NCBI RefSeq assembly: GCF_041146345.1 | Contig: NW_027191404.1 | Span: forward strand, 1,116,001 to 1,180,000 | DNA: 64,000 bases | Reading direction: 5' to 3' | DNA from: Neodothiora populina | Taxonomy: Eukaryota | In this document: piece after piece, positions 39,258-54,185 of the stretch | How the letters are laid out: every line of letters starts with the position of its first letter | Numbering within the stretch: the stretch's first letter is position 1 | Translations under genes and position numbers: made by a program | Notes under the pieces: generated by a model | Databases searched by the model: none | Seen by the model: only the letters and a program-made list of their open reading frames with translations | What the model was told of the DNA's origin: nothing

Positions 39258-40357
39258 TTACTTATCGTCGGATTCCATCTCTTCGTCTTCTCCAGGATTG
39301 CTGTGAAAGGCCTGCGGATCGATCGGTGCTGACAGTGGGATCTTGTGTATCTCGGCCCAGGCTCCTAATTTGTCCCTGCGAAGCACTACCCTTCCCAAAG
39401 AATCTTTAGTTGGCTCCATTAGGTCCATCTCATTCAGAGCTGCAATAACGTCTTCAGGCTGTATCCAAGTGTCCAGGACGATCTGGCCTACGGATAGTTC
39501 TGCCGAATCGTGGCCAAGAATGCTGCGACAAATCGCTGCAGACCAGTAGGCGATATATGCTCTTCGACCCAAGGATGAAAGTGCTGCCATGGTCAATGTC
39601 TTGGTCTTCAATTAATTCATGTGTAGGATTGCTTACGCTTTTCAGGCCCGCCGAGCCTCCCTTCTCTCCTACTAAGTTCGTAGCTTACCCCCATCAGTAT
39701 CTGCCCAAGTCCTCTCTTCTGCCACGGAGGAAATATCAGAATGCATGCAATGTTGTTACTATCCCAGCTCATCTTCTCTTTGCTGAAGAAGCCTACTATC
39801 TGCGGGCGACTGGCATTGGGATCATTCAAGAGTAACAGGTAGTATCGAAATGTCGAAACATCGTAGAAAACCGATTTCGTATCAAGAAACAACTTTGCGA
39901 ATAAAGAGAGATTTTGGCAATACAGCTGATGAACGGGTACGTCAGTTGGAGCATTGGTGGCTGCTGGTGTTGCAGTAGTTCACCTTGTGTTCTTCACCAT
40001 CGATTTCGTATATAGAATGATCATGAGTCGCGTATATCAGAGAGCCCCGTGATGGTTGCTCTTTCTGTGGACAGACTTTCTTTGGTGGCGATATATGTCA
40101 GACTTGATCGTCTAGCACGAATGAATTATGTATAGCATGGCACGCACTATATGCGCCAAATATGGCATGAGCTCCTTGGAATATCGGAAGCATGTGTCGC
40201 AGACGTACAAGCGGTCGACCCTCTTTCCGACGAGATCTTCCGGATAAAAGGAAGGATACCACGGCTTGATCAGCAAGTTTCCAAGGACGACTGTAAGCAC
40301 ATTTGGCTCCTTCGGTGTCTGCTCACGACTGTCGTCTGCAGGCGAGACAGCCGTCAT
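39258..40357 (-). CDS. MYST-family histone acetyltransferase (Sas2-like)
   Basis: PWYPSFYP, LYVCDTCFRY zinc finger, IYEIDGEEHK, QNLSLFAKLFLDTKSVFYDV, VGFFSKEK, NNIACILIFPPWQKRGLG, GGPEK. Three introns; compact, with no chromodomain. Confidence 0.9.
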
Positions 40358-41029
40358 ACTTTTACTGAAGACGAAAAGTTCCGCCAACAACGCGACATTC
40401 TACGGGGCTGTAAGTCTCGGAAGTCACAATGAACTCATGCGTTCTAGCAGAGGTGGTAAGAAGCACGTTCATGATTCAGATACACCGTCAGATTGTGTAA
40501 AGTAAAGAGTCCGTTTGCCAAGACTGCTTCATTCGTCCCGCAGAAGTAAAATAGGCGGACCAAAGCCTCTAACCCTGTTCGACGGCAATGGTAGACCCTA
40601 TGCGAAGCACACCACGCTGCACTGACACGGTGTGCACGAGACGACGTCCAAAGAACATCCTATAGAATGTTTTACTTTGAGGCAACTATGGAGGGACCTG
40701 GCATGCCAGATCTCCCTATAAGATCTACACTCAATGCATGAAACCCCCCAGCCGCCGGGAAGTCTCGTCGTGGTCAGTATCTTGTCCGAGTCCATCCACC
40801 TCAAAAGTTGGTATCGCGGCCTATTGATGCCCGACCTCCTTGACGCGCAGTATCGTGCGCTCCTCGCCTCCGTGGTACGCAGTTCTAGACTTACCCAGAG
40901 ACATGATCGTCCGAGACCAAGGGCTTTGCGCGATCGTTTTAAGAATTATTCAAGTGGCGTCTCATCTACTCCTGGTGACACGGATGCGCGTGCACATGGT
41001 ATCGCTACATGTCTGTTTTTCCTTCGCAT

Positions 41030-41989
41030 TCACATACCTATATGCTTCTGGTATGTTTCAAGGGTCGCCAATATACCCTCCGCGCTTGGTTTCTCCGCGG
41101 ATGCGTGCGGCTCGAAGCCAAGTTCGTTGATCAAATAATCCCGGGTGGTTGGCCCAATGGTCGCAATGCGAGTGACCAATGCGCCCTGTGTCTCGAGACG
41201 TGGATCGTAGCGTCCAGTGGACAGATCAAGCCATCCAAGACACTGTAGCATAGCCTTGCAACCTTGAGGGGAGAAGACGACCACCCACTGAAGTTTCGTG
41301 CCAGCTTTTTCATTGTCGGTCAATGCTCTGCTGAAATCGATATGGAATGACTCCATCTCCCCTGTCTCATACACCACACGCTCGACAACGCCAATACGTT
41401 GATCATCATCAAGGTCCGGGGACTGTAGTGTCCTCGGAATGATGTCTCTGCGAACCTCTCCGACGAGAAAAAGCAAGGGAAGCTTTTTGCCACATGGGCT
41501 GATCTGAGACGACGGGAGCGCATTGTAATGCTCAAGCATGAAAGCAGCAAGGGTCTGCCCATTGCCACTTTCCTCGCCTATGACAGGATTCGGTAAGCCG
41601 AGTGACCGTAGACCTCTTGCAGTGGCAGGGCCGACGACATATAGAGGTACATAGGCAGGAAGTAGATCTTGAATATGCTCGGAGCCGATTGATTGTACTA
41701 TCGACGAGAAGGCTTCCACAGCTCGTTGTGATGTGAAAATGAGACCGCCAAATTGGGGGTCATCCGTTCTGTCATGGCTTGGGATTGAAACAGAGCCTCG
41801 ATTCTTTATGACCGCCTCCAGCCATTGAATGACTTTGACCTTGAATCGATGTTCCAACACAGGAAGAAATGAGGGAGTATAATTGGACCCTTCCCTGCTA
41901 AACAATTCCTCGTAGTGGTCCGTCGGGACTGACTTGGTTTTTAGCAATAAGACTGGAACCTTCGCAGGCTCTGCTGTCCGAACATTCAT
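41030..41989 (-). CDS. HEM4: Uroporphyrinogen-III synthase
   Basis: VLLLKTKS, GLIFTSQRAVEAF, YVVGPATA, LLFLVGEVRRDIIP, VVYET, VVFSPQG, IATIGPTT. Single exon. Confidence 0.95.
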   Translation of the reverse strand: MNVRTAEPAKVPVLLLKTKSVPTDHYEELFSREGSNYTPSFLPVLEHRFKVKVIQWLEAVIKNRGSVSIPSHDRTDDPQFGGLIFTSQRAVEAFSSIVQSIGSEHIQDLLPAYVPLYVVGPATARGLRSLGLPNPVIGEESGNGQTLAAFMLEHYNALPSSQISPCGKKLPLLFLVGEVRRDIIPRTLQSPDLDDDQRIGVVERVVYETGEMESFHIDFSRALTDNEKAGTKLQWVVVFSPQGCKAMLQCLGWLDLSTGRYDPRLETQGALVTRIATIGPTTRDYLINELGFEPHASAEKPSAEGILATLETYQKHIGM

Positions 41990-42295
41990 GACGCGGTGTC
42001 CAGGCTCGACTGTCTATCGATAATATAAAACAAGATACACGATCTTTCGGTAGGAGAATTAAAGCCGAAGCTGGAGAGCACTGCCGATGACGTTAGCGGC
42101 AGAGGCCGATATGGCCGAATCGCAAGAGCTTTTATCCCCAGGCACGGACTTTACACATACAACCCCGGAAGGTTGACAAATGCGCCAGGTGGAGTGATTG
42201 CGATGCCTATAACGCAAACTCCGTATCCGATCCTGTCGCACTTCGGGTGTTCAGTCACAAAGGTTACAGGTGCACCGCCTCAACCCCAAGACGCA

Positions 42296-42918
42296 ATGCC
42301 TGAAGCAGTGGCCCAGACCGAGGGGCGTCAAGAGCAAGAACCAACACCGAGTAAACTACCAAAAGGTGTGGTTTTGGGACCGGATGGCAAGCCGTGAGTT
42401 GAATTGATCAGCTTGCATATACAAGGATGGATCTAACAAGTCTGTGTAGATGCCGCACTTGCACATCTGTCTCGTCGTGGATGGCCATGACAAGAGATCA
42501 TAACAAAAAGGCACCAAGTACCACAGCGACAACCACTCCACCCGCGCAAGCGACGTCCTCTTTATCACCACCAACAGATTGCCCTCCTGATGTAGAGCAG
42601 CTCGGCCGCTCAAGTTGGACCCTACTACATTCCATCGCTGCGACCTATCCAGAAAAACCCACCCCGACTCAGCAGTCCGAGACTAAACAGTTCATGCACC
42701 TATTCAGTAAATTATATCCTTGCTGGGTCTGCGCAGATGATTTCAAAACTTGGATGAAGGAAGGAAACGAGCCCAAAGTCAGTAATAGACAAGAGTTCGG
42801 CAATTGGTTGTGTCAGGCACATAACGCCGTGAACGTCAAGCTGGGCAAGAAAACATTCGACTGCAATAGATGGGAAGAAAGATGGCGAACAGGTTGGAAG
42901 GACGGACGGTGTGACTGA
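42296..42918 (+). CDS. ERV1: Mitochondrial FAD-linked sulfhydryl oxidase Erv1
   Basis: DGKP/CRTC shuttle motif across intron 42394-42449, then DCPPDVEQLGRSSWTLLH, YPCWVCA, WLCQAHNAVNVKLGK, RWRTGWKDGRCD. Confidence 0.96.
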
Positions 42919-43616
42919 TCAACCTTCTTTCAGTCGTCCATGGTAGGCCACGAACATTTCATAAGCACTTAGAAAGGGGATCAGGCGTTCGGGAAAATCC
43001 CTTCTCATCCATACTACCCTACAGAATATGTACAGCACTGTACTTGTATCGATACGAGGCGGTTAGAGTTGTCAATGATTTCTTGACGAGGACACATGTC
43101 AGAATACACAACAACCAGATTCATGATTTCTTTTCGCGGACCCTGCCATGGAGACAGAAAAGCTGATCGTGGCCAAACGCAGCATATGATGACTCTGTGA
43201 CTTCGAATTCGAGGTAAAGTTTTATGGCGCGACCTCTCCACTTCGCGAAGTCTATGACGTACACGCGATTCTGCGCGTAACCCCGTCAGAGGCACAAGAC
43301 AACGAGGTGAAATCACTTAAGGTACCATGCCTTACCCTATAAGGAGCTTTCTGGTTGATTAATACCAAGTCGTGAAGGGATCTCCTCAGCTTACCGTGTT
43401 GCAGCCCTTGCCTCCCGTTGCTGAGATACATATCATCTTGCCTTATTGTACCCCTCCTCACATTGCATCACGTCACAATATCATCACCCGACTGTAGCCC
43501 ATTCCCTACTTGTACCTGGATACCATCGTGCAATTCAATTGAGACTTGCTGTCCTCAGCACTGTAGTTCATCATACGCATCATCACATCAGCAGGGATCA
43601 TCAGAATCACCCCAAA

Positions 43617-45142
43617 ATGCCCGGCACTCGCTCCTCCGCTCGCCTTGCAGATATGCCCGGTTCTCCCTCAGCCGAAAACAACTCTGGTAACGGCATCAAA
43701 CGCAAAGCTGAAAGTAGCCCTGCGACTGGCGCAGCTAAAAAGGGCAAGACTGGAGAGAAGCATCAGACTACCATTGACGACACAATGACCGACGTCACCC
43801 AGATGCAGGCTATGCGTGAGTTCTGACCTTCAGCAAGACTGTCTGGTTTACCGCTAACAAAACGAAGATGGTGGAGACACGGGTAGTGATGCAAACAAAT
43901 CAGCAGCTGAGGCTGGGAATGCAGGCCATGAGAATGGACCGAGCTGTTGGTTCTGGGTCGACAATGAGGCTTATGACGCCTATAACGAAAAAGACAAAGA
44001 TGCCCAGGACCAGAAGAAAAACATCAGACCTGGCGAATCATTCGAGGGCACCACCAAGGAAGGCGAGGACAAAAGCGATCCGGAGAAATCTCTCAAGGAC
44101 TCGCGTGGTGGTGGCGGTCTCAACACCATGGACGTCGATAAGCCTGTGAAGAATGATGCTCCTGAAGTAGGTCATAATCTTCACCACCACATACTCTTGC
44201 TGACAATTCCTGCAGGACGATATCCACAACGATCCAAGCACCAAGCCTGCATCTACGACGGAGAGTGGCGCTGTGGAGACGAGCGATGAGCGTGCCGCCG
44301 CAATGCCATCCAACATCTTGGAGAAAGGCATCATTTACTTCTTCACTCGCGGCCGCGTTGGCATTGAAGATCCAGGTAGTGTTCTCGATCTACAGCGCAG
44401 CCATTTCGTTCTACGACCCCTGGCTCCGGGTGCAGCACTCAAGGATGGCACCATCGATGATATCAAGAACAACCGCCTGTTGGCTCTGCCGAAGAAAGTG
44501 TGGCCGAAGGGTCCACAGGACAAATTCATGGTCTTCGTCGAAAAGGGAAAGACCAGTATGGAAGATCTCAAGGAGAACTTCTTCCAAGGCTCCGAATATG
44601 ACACCAAGACTGTAGGAACAAGACAAACACCTCCAGTGACACCTATTGCTGAGGGTGTCTATGCAATAACCAAGGCGGGCAACCGTGACGAGACCCATCT
44701 GTCTTATATGGTCACAATCCCTCGTGATCCAGGCGAGATGCAAGAGGACATCGGAATTGGCTCCAAGGGCAGTTTCGTTCTATCATTGAAGAATCCCACC
44801 GTTAAGGGCCCTGCGTATACATCACTCGATGCTGGACCGGGCTTTCCTCAAGAGTTTATTGACGAGTTCCATGGCCGTAGCTGGATGCCAGTCGAACCAA
44901 AGCATCTTGACTACCCAAATGCTCAGATCCTCCTGATTGGAGAGAGTTTTAACTCAAGTCATGCGCTCGACGCAACTTCGAAGGACGACAAGGCTGATGA
45001 CAAGTCAACGCCGGCTGAGGAGCTGCAGAAGCTTGAAGATGAGGATGAGCTCCGTGTTGAGCACCTCAAGGGTGATGATAGCATCTTTGAAGACCTTCAC
45101 ATCAGCTCAAAGGAGTACCCCAGTGTGCCGACAACCTGGTAG
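43617..45142 (+). CDS. Conserved fungal protein of unknown function (disordered N-terminus plus globular C-domain)
   Basis: ATG 43617 (MPGTRSSARL..KRKA). Introns 43816-43867 and 44167-44215 give a continuous frame into ILEKGIIYFFTRGRVGIEDP...GSFVLSLKNP...LDYPNAQILLIGE. Confidence 0.8.
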
Positions 45143-46641
45143 GGTAAAGGAGACGGCTGACATCAGCCTGCTCTTGTATTATATATGTAGCTTTCGAATC
45201 GCATAAAAGCAGTCATTAGTATGACCATGTTATGCTCAACCCATACAATACTACTCATGGTCTCTCACTCGTGCCTGACGTACTTTCAATTGTTCTGCTG
45301 CATGGTCAAGCTCATCAAATGTGCGATTTGGAGGGGAACCCTGTCCATTTCATGCTTCCACCTTGATCTTACCTTCTGGCGATGTACGAGCAACATGCAA
45401 CCATTTATACTCTATCTCTTTGGTGTATCAGAGATATATGCTTGTGTACAGCTGTTGGTCTTGTTTGGTACAATAGTAGGTAGTCTGCGTGAGGCAGGTA
45501 GCATGTCTTCGAATGTCGATTATGCTCCGAAGGGTAGATTTTGCCGAATGACTTTGTGTTTTTGTGAAGGTTCATGGCAGCATTTACGTACTTGAAAGGA
45601 GTCATGCTAGCACATCTGTCCCAAAAACATCAACCACTGTACAGATGTGTACGATAAATTCTTTATCCCTGCAGACAATGATGGTGGTAGTGGCTCTCGT
45701 CCAGAGGCCACGCTGACGGCCGTTGTGACTTACCCATATGGTATATTGCCTTGGCAAGCATACTTACGATTCCCACACAATCACCATAAGTCTACACCAT
45801 AGGCTCTGAATGGAAGATAAGAGTAGTGTGTGACCTGAGAAGATCCATGGTATCATGCACCACGGCCATAGTGTCATGTTGATGACCGGGTCATCTGCAC
45901 TCGTTGCGGAACCTCACATGTAGAACACAACAGCACACTCCACAAGGCAGACACAGTACCAAGCAATACCCACCCCTAGTGAATTTAGCTGTGTACAGAC
46001 ATACTATCACCATTAATAGCCACAGCCCAGAGAGCAACTGATCGAGAGACGGTAGAAATCAACGTTGCTCATGCTCTACCATCCAGCCCGGGCCGTACCT
46101 GCTATCTGCGCTATTGGCGCTATCTCTCAAAACGGAGATGGTACCTGCAGCGGGCGATTGAATCTTCGAGCGCTAGATGGCTTTGAGCGATAAAGCAGAA
46201 CTCTGAGCCAGACAATGGCCCAAGCACCGAGGTTAGTTGGTATGGACGCCAGGGTGTAGCAAGTTCAGCATGTAGTGGTATAGTGTGTGTGCGTATGTAT
46301 ACGTCAAGTGAGGTAGACAACATTGATCACAAACACTATTTGCTGATCTTGATAAGAAGAAGCGTCAGCGATCCTCGTCTGGTCTGGGGTTTCGCAGTGG
46401 TCCCACAGCGACGGAAAGGTCCCGAGGGCGGTTTTGCGGTTGCCTAAACACTAAACACCGATGCTGCTGTGCTGCACTTGTACCACACGTCATCTGATTG
46501 GCGTCCAAGCTTCTCAGACGGCCGCCACGAACCCCAGCCTCCAGCTTCACCACCTTGTCGCCTCTCCTTCTCCTCCACCGCTTCTCCTCTCCACCCTTCC
46601 TGTCTCCATCGATATCACCATACCATACAATCATCATCATC

Positions 46642-47963
<1,322 letters not shown>

Positions 47964-49102
47964 AGGCAGAATCCAGGATTCAGTGGCGAGTCGCAGCTAG
48001 GTAGGCTTGGAGACATTCGGAGAGTAGGTGTAATCACAATAGCGCGATAGGGCGGAACGAATGTGGGCCCTGCTCAGCAATGGCCATCTGAGTGTTTTTA
48101 TTGTTGCGTATTGATTACATTGTACGAACATATGGCATAGCTCAAATCGATGTTATGATTGCATACAAGTATTGAACAAATCCATCAACATGATTCAGCT
48201 TTTGATGAGACACCAGTGTAGATACTCGCTGTAAAAGCAGGCGTGACTCCGGACATGCACTCGCTCATCTGGCGCTACTCTGCGCTGGCCAGGAGGATGA
48301 CTAGGTAGGTAGGGAGACGGTATATCGTCGGGGGGCGTGACCTCGGCTTGGCAGAGTGAGACGCCTCACATGCTCACATGAGTGCAGTAGTTCACTCGTA
48401 CTGTACATGAGGCATATAATCGGGTGTTCCAAGGTCTGATGCTGTGCTGTGCTGTGCTGCATTGTACTCGTAAAGTTGTATGCAGTAGAAATAGCCGGAC
48501 TTACCGTAGAGTACCTTTGTATAAGGATTGTACAAAGGTACAGTACTGCACATTAGTGTGCTGTAATCTAATCTCAACATCAACATGTTCCCATCTCCGT
48601 GGTTCTGTTGATTCATCTCCCAAGCATTTCTTCCATCCTTGTTCATCGTCCAATAGGACAACATGTAACCTTTCGGGCTCTGTTTCCGCCTCGAACCTCC
48701 AAAATCATCAGAATCGACTTCAGAATGCTCCCATCTTCAGCATCCAGGTCGAGTCACGACTAGCGCCTATCCACCGGACCCGGATCGTCACGCGCCGCGG
48801 TCAACCCCAGATTCAGCACTGTTGGGGTATTGACTTGGTAGCTTCCAACGTGCCTGTATAGCGCCCTGACCTGGCCGTGCAGAGAGGTGTTTCTCCCTCG
48901 GTGTGTGCCTGTAGTGGCTCATCTGAATCGCTATCCCTTGTGCCTGTCCCAGGCTGTCAGTGCCTTCCGGAGAACTCCCATCACCTGCGGCTTGTCCAAA
49001 TTCCTAGTCTAGACAGCATCGCCGCTTTCTGCATCTCCACATCGCGGCTGCCGTCGTCCTGTTCTGTGACGTTATCACACCATTCACGGAATCGAAGTCG
49101 CC

Positions 49103-52100
49103 ATGTCTGCCCACGATGCTCGTCGACGGTCACCACTAGGCCGCAGACCTGGCCGGCAGGATCGCGAAAGAGCCCTATCCATGGAACTACCCGAAAGACT
49201 ACGATATAATGAGCAGGAAGAAAAGGAAGAGCTGAAGGCAGCCAGAAGGGCAGACCAGCCTCAGCCCTTCATGGCTCAGAGCGTCTTTGGCATATTCGCG
49301 GCCACACAGTCCAAAATGAACTCCCAGACCTCGTATGATGATCACATGGATGCGAGCGAGGATGAGTTGGAGTCCAACAGTGCATCTGCAAGGCAACAGC
49401 CCCCTCAAGGCAACAGCTCCGGCAAGCAAGCATCGCAGTCATCGACCAAGTCCCGCCTCCGCCTCTCAAAGCCCAGACTGCTCAGAGCAATACCGGGTAT
49501 CAAGTCCAAGCCTGCTTTGCCCGCTACGACCATGTCGACTTCGCCGCACTATGCTCCCTCCTCGTTACGCTCGTCACCCTCCCCTTCGGTACCTACTCCC
49601 GCCGTGCCCTCCCCACCGCAAGAGCAGGAAGATCCTACGCCGGATGAGGCACCTTTTATGTCCCAGATGCTTCAGGCCAGAGCTAATGCCGACATCGACT
49701 CTTCGGAAGCTACACTTACAAGACCGAAGAGCGGAAGACAGAGTCCGAACCAGGGCTCCTCCACTCGTCGCCCCTCACTCGCCTTACCGGAAGCACTCAA
49801 AGACATATTTGATTTCGAGAATGCTGAAGAAGTCATTGCCGAGTACAAGTGTTGGTACCTACAGAGCGTACTGCTGGAAGGATACATGTACATCACCCAG
49901 AATCACATTAGCTTCTATGCATACCTACCGAAGAAGGGCAACGTCGTCATCAAATCTGGACATCTGTCAAAACGCGGCAGACATAATCCGCAGTATCGAC
50001 GATATTGGTTCGTGTTGAAGGGGGACGTGCTATCATATTATCAGAACCGGAACGACCCCTATTTTCCCAGGGATAGTATCGACCTGCGCTACGGAATATC
50101 CGCCCAAGTTGTGCCAGATAGAGCCGGCGCCAAGGACAATGATACCTTCTCCGTCACTACTAACACACGTACCTTTTACTTCCGAGCCGACAGTGCTCAG
50201 AGTGCCAATGAGTGGGTGAAGCAGCTGCAAAAGATTATCTTCCGCTCACGGAATGACGGCGACAGTGTCAAGATCTCCATACCTACCGATAATGTTCTGG
50301 AGATTGAGGAGAATCCCTTGTTGGACTTCGCCGACACAATCAGGATCAAAGTCATTGATAATGATGAGACATTTGCCATGGACGAGTACTTTTTCTCATT
50401 CTTCGGCTCGGATGGTGCCAATGCACTGCATGACTTGCGGGTCATGACGCAGAACACGGTCGCACAGAGGGCCATAACAAGCGATAAGGATGCACACGTA
50501 CATGACCGCGCGCTAGGACAGAAACTCAGTCCTATGGCTAATGTCACTTCTCCATGCCTAGCCCCTGGCACCCTTCACGAACACGTCAGGGCCGAGCTTT
50601 CGCCCTCCTCTTCGCATCTTTCATCATTCCAGAGCCCGAGCACCAGTGGCGAGCTTAGCCGGTCCAATCTCGATATCGGACAACCACTCTTCGATCGTTC
50701 CAGAAGCAAGCGCGGGAAGAATCTACAGGCGCGACCCAGTCCCTATGAGCCTGGTCAGCGTAAAGAACACTTCCCGACTAGCCATGAGTCTCAATACTCA
50801 TCAGATGCTTTTGCAACTTCCTCGGAAAACATAGACCAGAATATGGTCGAGTCCCGGGAGGGGACTGATACCTCGGGAAGTCAGATCTTGAGCGGCAGCA
50901 AGATGTTTCATGATCCTACTATTCGCAAGATCAAGGCAACCGCGGCCGACGAGAATACGGAACAACGATCAGCCTGGCATTCCGAGGACACATCTTCTGG
51001 ATCGGAACGAGTCTCATCTACGCCAAGGTCAAAGCACGAGGCAAGCATAGGACGCAAGTCTTCTGCCGCAACCAGCAAAGCCGAGGGCGAAGATGGTCAG
51101 ACAGCTCAGCAAGCTGAAAGCTCGAGTGCGCTGGGTGGAATCATACGTGCTGGCACCATACCCATCCAGCGCGCGACTGGCTACCTAAGAGGACCAGGGA
51201 AAGCTGTCGCCTCTTTGCTTGGCACCTCTCCGATGGGTTACTATGACCGAGTCACAGGTATGATCGCCGGTGGCCAACGGCACTATACCGAGGTTGAGGG
51301 TCTGTCACCCAACGACCACGTTCGAGATCCTGACGATGAGGCGGATGTTCAGCATGCAGAACGTCGTTTCAGAGAGCACTTTGCCTTGCCTGACTCCGAG
51401 AGACTCGTGGCTACATACTTTGCCTTCCTCCACCGTGTCTTGCCAATGTACGGCAAAATCTACGTCGGCACCACCAAGCTATGTTTTCGCAGCCTCTTAC
51501 TGGGTACAAGAACAAAATTGATTGTACCGTTGAAAGACATTATGACAGTCGAGAAAGAAAAAGGGTTCCGTTTGGGATATCAGGGAATGGTTGTGGTTAT
51601 TCGCGGTCACGAAGAGATATTCTTCGAGTTCGGCAAGCAGGCCCACCGTGATGACTGCACTATAACCATTCTGCGTCTCACCGACACTGTCACATCCGTC
51701 AAGGAGACTGTCGTGCTACAGGATGGCGAACACCGGACCCCTGAGTCGCAAGCCGCTGCAGTAGCCGCTGCCGCCGAGAACGATCGACTTACACATGCAA
51801 GAGAAGAAGGACAAGCTGACAGAAGCATTCACTCTCACAGCACACTGTACGAGCCAGAGGCAGACACCCCTGCAGTTCTGTTTGACGATACTTATGCTTC
51901 GATGCTGGATTTCAAGCCACCCAAATCGCTTCGCGTAGTCTGTTTGACTATAGGGTCTCGAGGTGATGTACAGCCATACATTGCCCTATGCAAGGGTCTA
52001 ATCGCGGATGGACACCGGCCGAAGATTGTCACTCACGCCGAATTCAAGGATTGGGTTGAATCACACGGTATTGACTTTGCTCCCGTTGGAGGTAATCCAG

Positions 52101-53524
52101 CAGACTTGATGAGGATTTGTGTCGAATACGGCATGTTCACTCCATCGTTCCTGTTGGAGGCTAATTTGAAGGTAATATCTACTCCAGAGCAAAAGGCTCA
52201 GACGTAATCGGCTAACAAGCATTACAGTTCCGCGGGTTCGTCAGAGAGCTGTTGGACACGGCCTGGGCGGCTTGCAAGGATGCCGAGCTCCTCGTCGAGA
52301 GTCCATCGGCTATGGCAGGCATACATATCGCCGAGGCTCTTGGGATCCCCTATTTCCGTGCGTTCACTATGCCCTGGACAAGAACACGTGCCTATCCACA
52401 CGCATTTGCAGTGCCAGGCCATAGGTTGGGCGGTGCTTATAATTGGATGACCTATGTACTGTTCGATCACCTGTTCTGGCAGTCAACGTCTTGGATGGTC
52501 AACCGCTGGCGCGGAGACTCACTAGAGTTGAAGCCGACGACTGCGGATAAGCTACAGCAAGACAAGGTGCCGTTTCTGTACAACTTCTCCCCAAGCGTGG
52601 TACCTCCGCCTTTGGACTTTAGTGAATGGATACGCGTCACTGGCTACTGGTTCCTGGACGAAGGCCTGGATTACAAGGCAGCGCGAGCTCTGCAGGACTT
52701 TATCGACAAGGCGCGTCAGGCCAAACAAAGACTGGTATACATCGGGTTCGGCTCGGTGGTCGTGTCGAACTCCAAGGAGTTGACTCAAAATGTAGTTGAT
52801 GCTGTCCTCAAGGCGGACGTTCGCTGCATCCTGGCCAAGGGTTGGTCCGATCGACTCGACAAGGGACCTGTAGACAACAAAGCGATCGAGGTCCCGCTTC
52901 CATCATCCATTCTACAGGTAACGGATCCTGTACCTCACGATTGGCTGTTCAGACAAGTCGATGCGGTTGTCCATCACGGCGGTGCCGGCACTACGGGAGC
53001 CAGTATCAGGGCAGGTGTGCCGACTGTCATCCACCCTTTCTTTGGTGACCAGTTTTTCTTCAGCAGTAGAGTCCAAGATCTTGGCGTGGGTATCGAAGTC
53101 AAGCACATTACCACGAAATCCCTGGGGCGAGCCCTCTGGATAGCTTGCCACGACCACAGGATGAGAGAAAAGGCAAAGGCCCTGGGCGAACAGATCCGAT
53201 CGGTAATTGCGTCTCCTTTCCCTTTCTATTCGATCGCACTAACAACCATTACAGGAGGACGGTGTCGGTACCGCGATCAAGGCGATCTACCGGGATATGG
53301 AGTACGCACGCACACTCGTCAAAAAGCGTGAGCCGTCCACCAAGCCAACGGGCGAAAGCAGCAGTGGAGATACCGAAGAGGATGACGAAGAAGAAGAAGT
53401 CGAGGAATGGACGCTAGTCGACAACGACAGTGACCCCGAGGCTGCGAGTCCCAAAGCGATGATGCAGCCCGAACGAGCTCGCTCTGCCAGTAAAGGTAGA
53501 CGTCGTTCTGGGCTGACGCATTAG
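49103..53524 (+). CDS. ATG26: Sterol 3-beta-glucosyltransferase (GRAM-PH-GRAM-UGT)
   Basis: GRAM and PH domains, then [47 protein letters not shown]. Introns 52172-52227 and 53203-53254. Confidence 0.96.
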
Positions 53525-54127
53525 TCTCCTGACTACAGCAATTCTACCTTACGCAGCGAACCAATATTGGTGTCGAGAATGCACATTATGATGACGACAA
53601 AGAATGAGAAATACCCCCACTCGTATGGTGAAATCCACGAGCAATGTCTTAGAATGCAAGAGAAGGAAGTTCCGGTTCCCCCACTCATACTTGCTTGTCT
53701 TTTTCCAGCTTTTCCATATACAAAGCGTGGAGTTTTGAGCGTTTGGGCAACAGATTGTCTGGAGTTTTTCTTTTTCTCTTTTCGGAAATGTTTCCGACGT
53801 CCTTTTTGTCCCTGTTTTCTGAAACGGCGTTATATGCGTTTTTATTATTTATTATGCTTCTTCCTTCGTTTTCGGCTTTGGTTTCCCGGGAGCACAGAGG
53901 AGAAAGCAAGGAAGAAATACACGATGATGAATACGACGAATGCAACGCTTTACATACGAGTTCTTGGTGTGCTCCTCCTTCGCCGTTTTTTCTTCCTCCC
54001 CTCTTCACTCACTATGACGTGTGGTCAGACGAGAAAAGCGACGACAGACAGGCAGTACGAATGGGGAGAATGGAGAGGAGCATGTCACGGAATGAGTCCT
54101 TCTGCCCTTTCTCCATTGAACGAGTTC

Positions 54128-54139
54128 AGGAGGAGAGAG

Positions 54140-54177
<38 letters not shown>

Positions 54178-54185
54178 GAAGAGAG
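54128..54185 (+). repeat. (GA)n-rich purine tract
   Basis: Imperfect GA dinucleotide repeat seen directly. Confidence 0.9.

Noticed and set aside
46498..46641. In-frame TTG extension of PEP4 resembling a mitochondrial presequence
   Set aside because: Explained by a pyrimidine-rich leader; poor start context, and it would mask a normal signal peptide.
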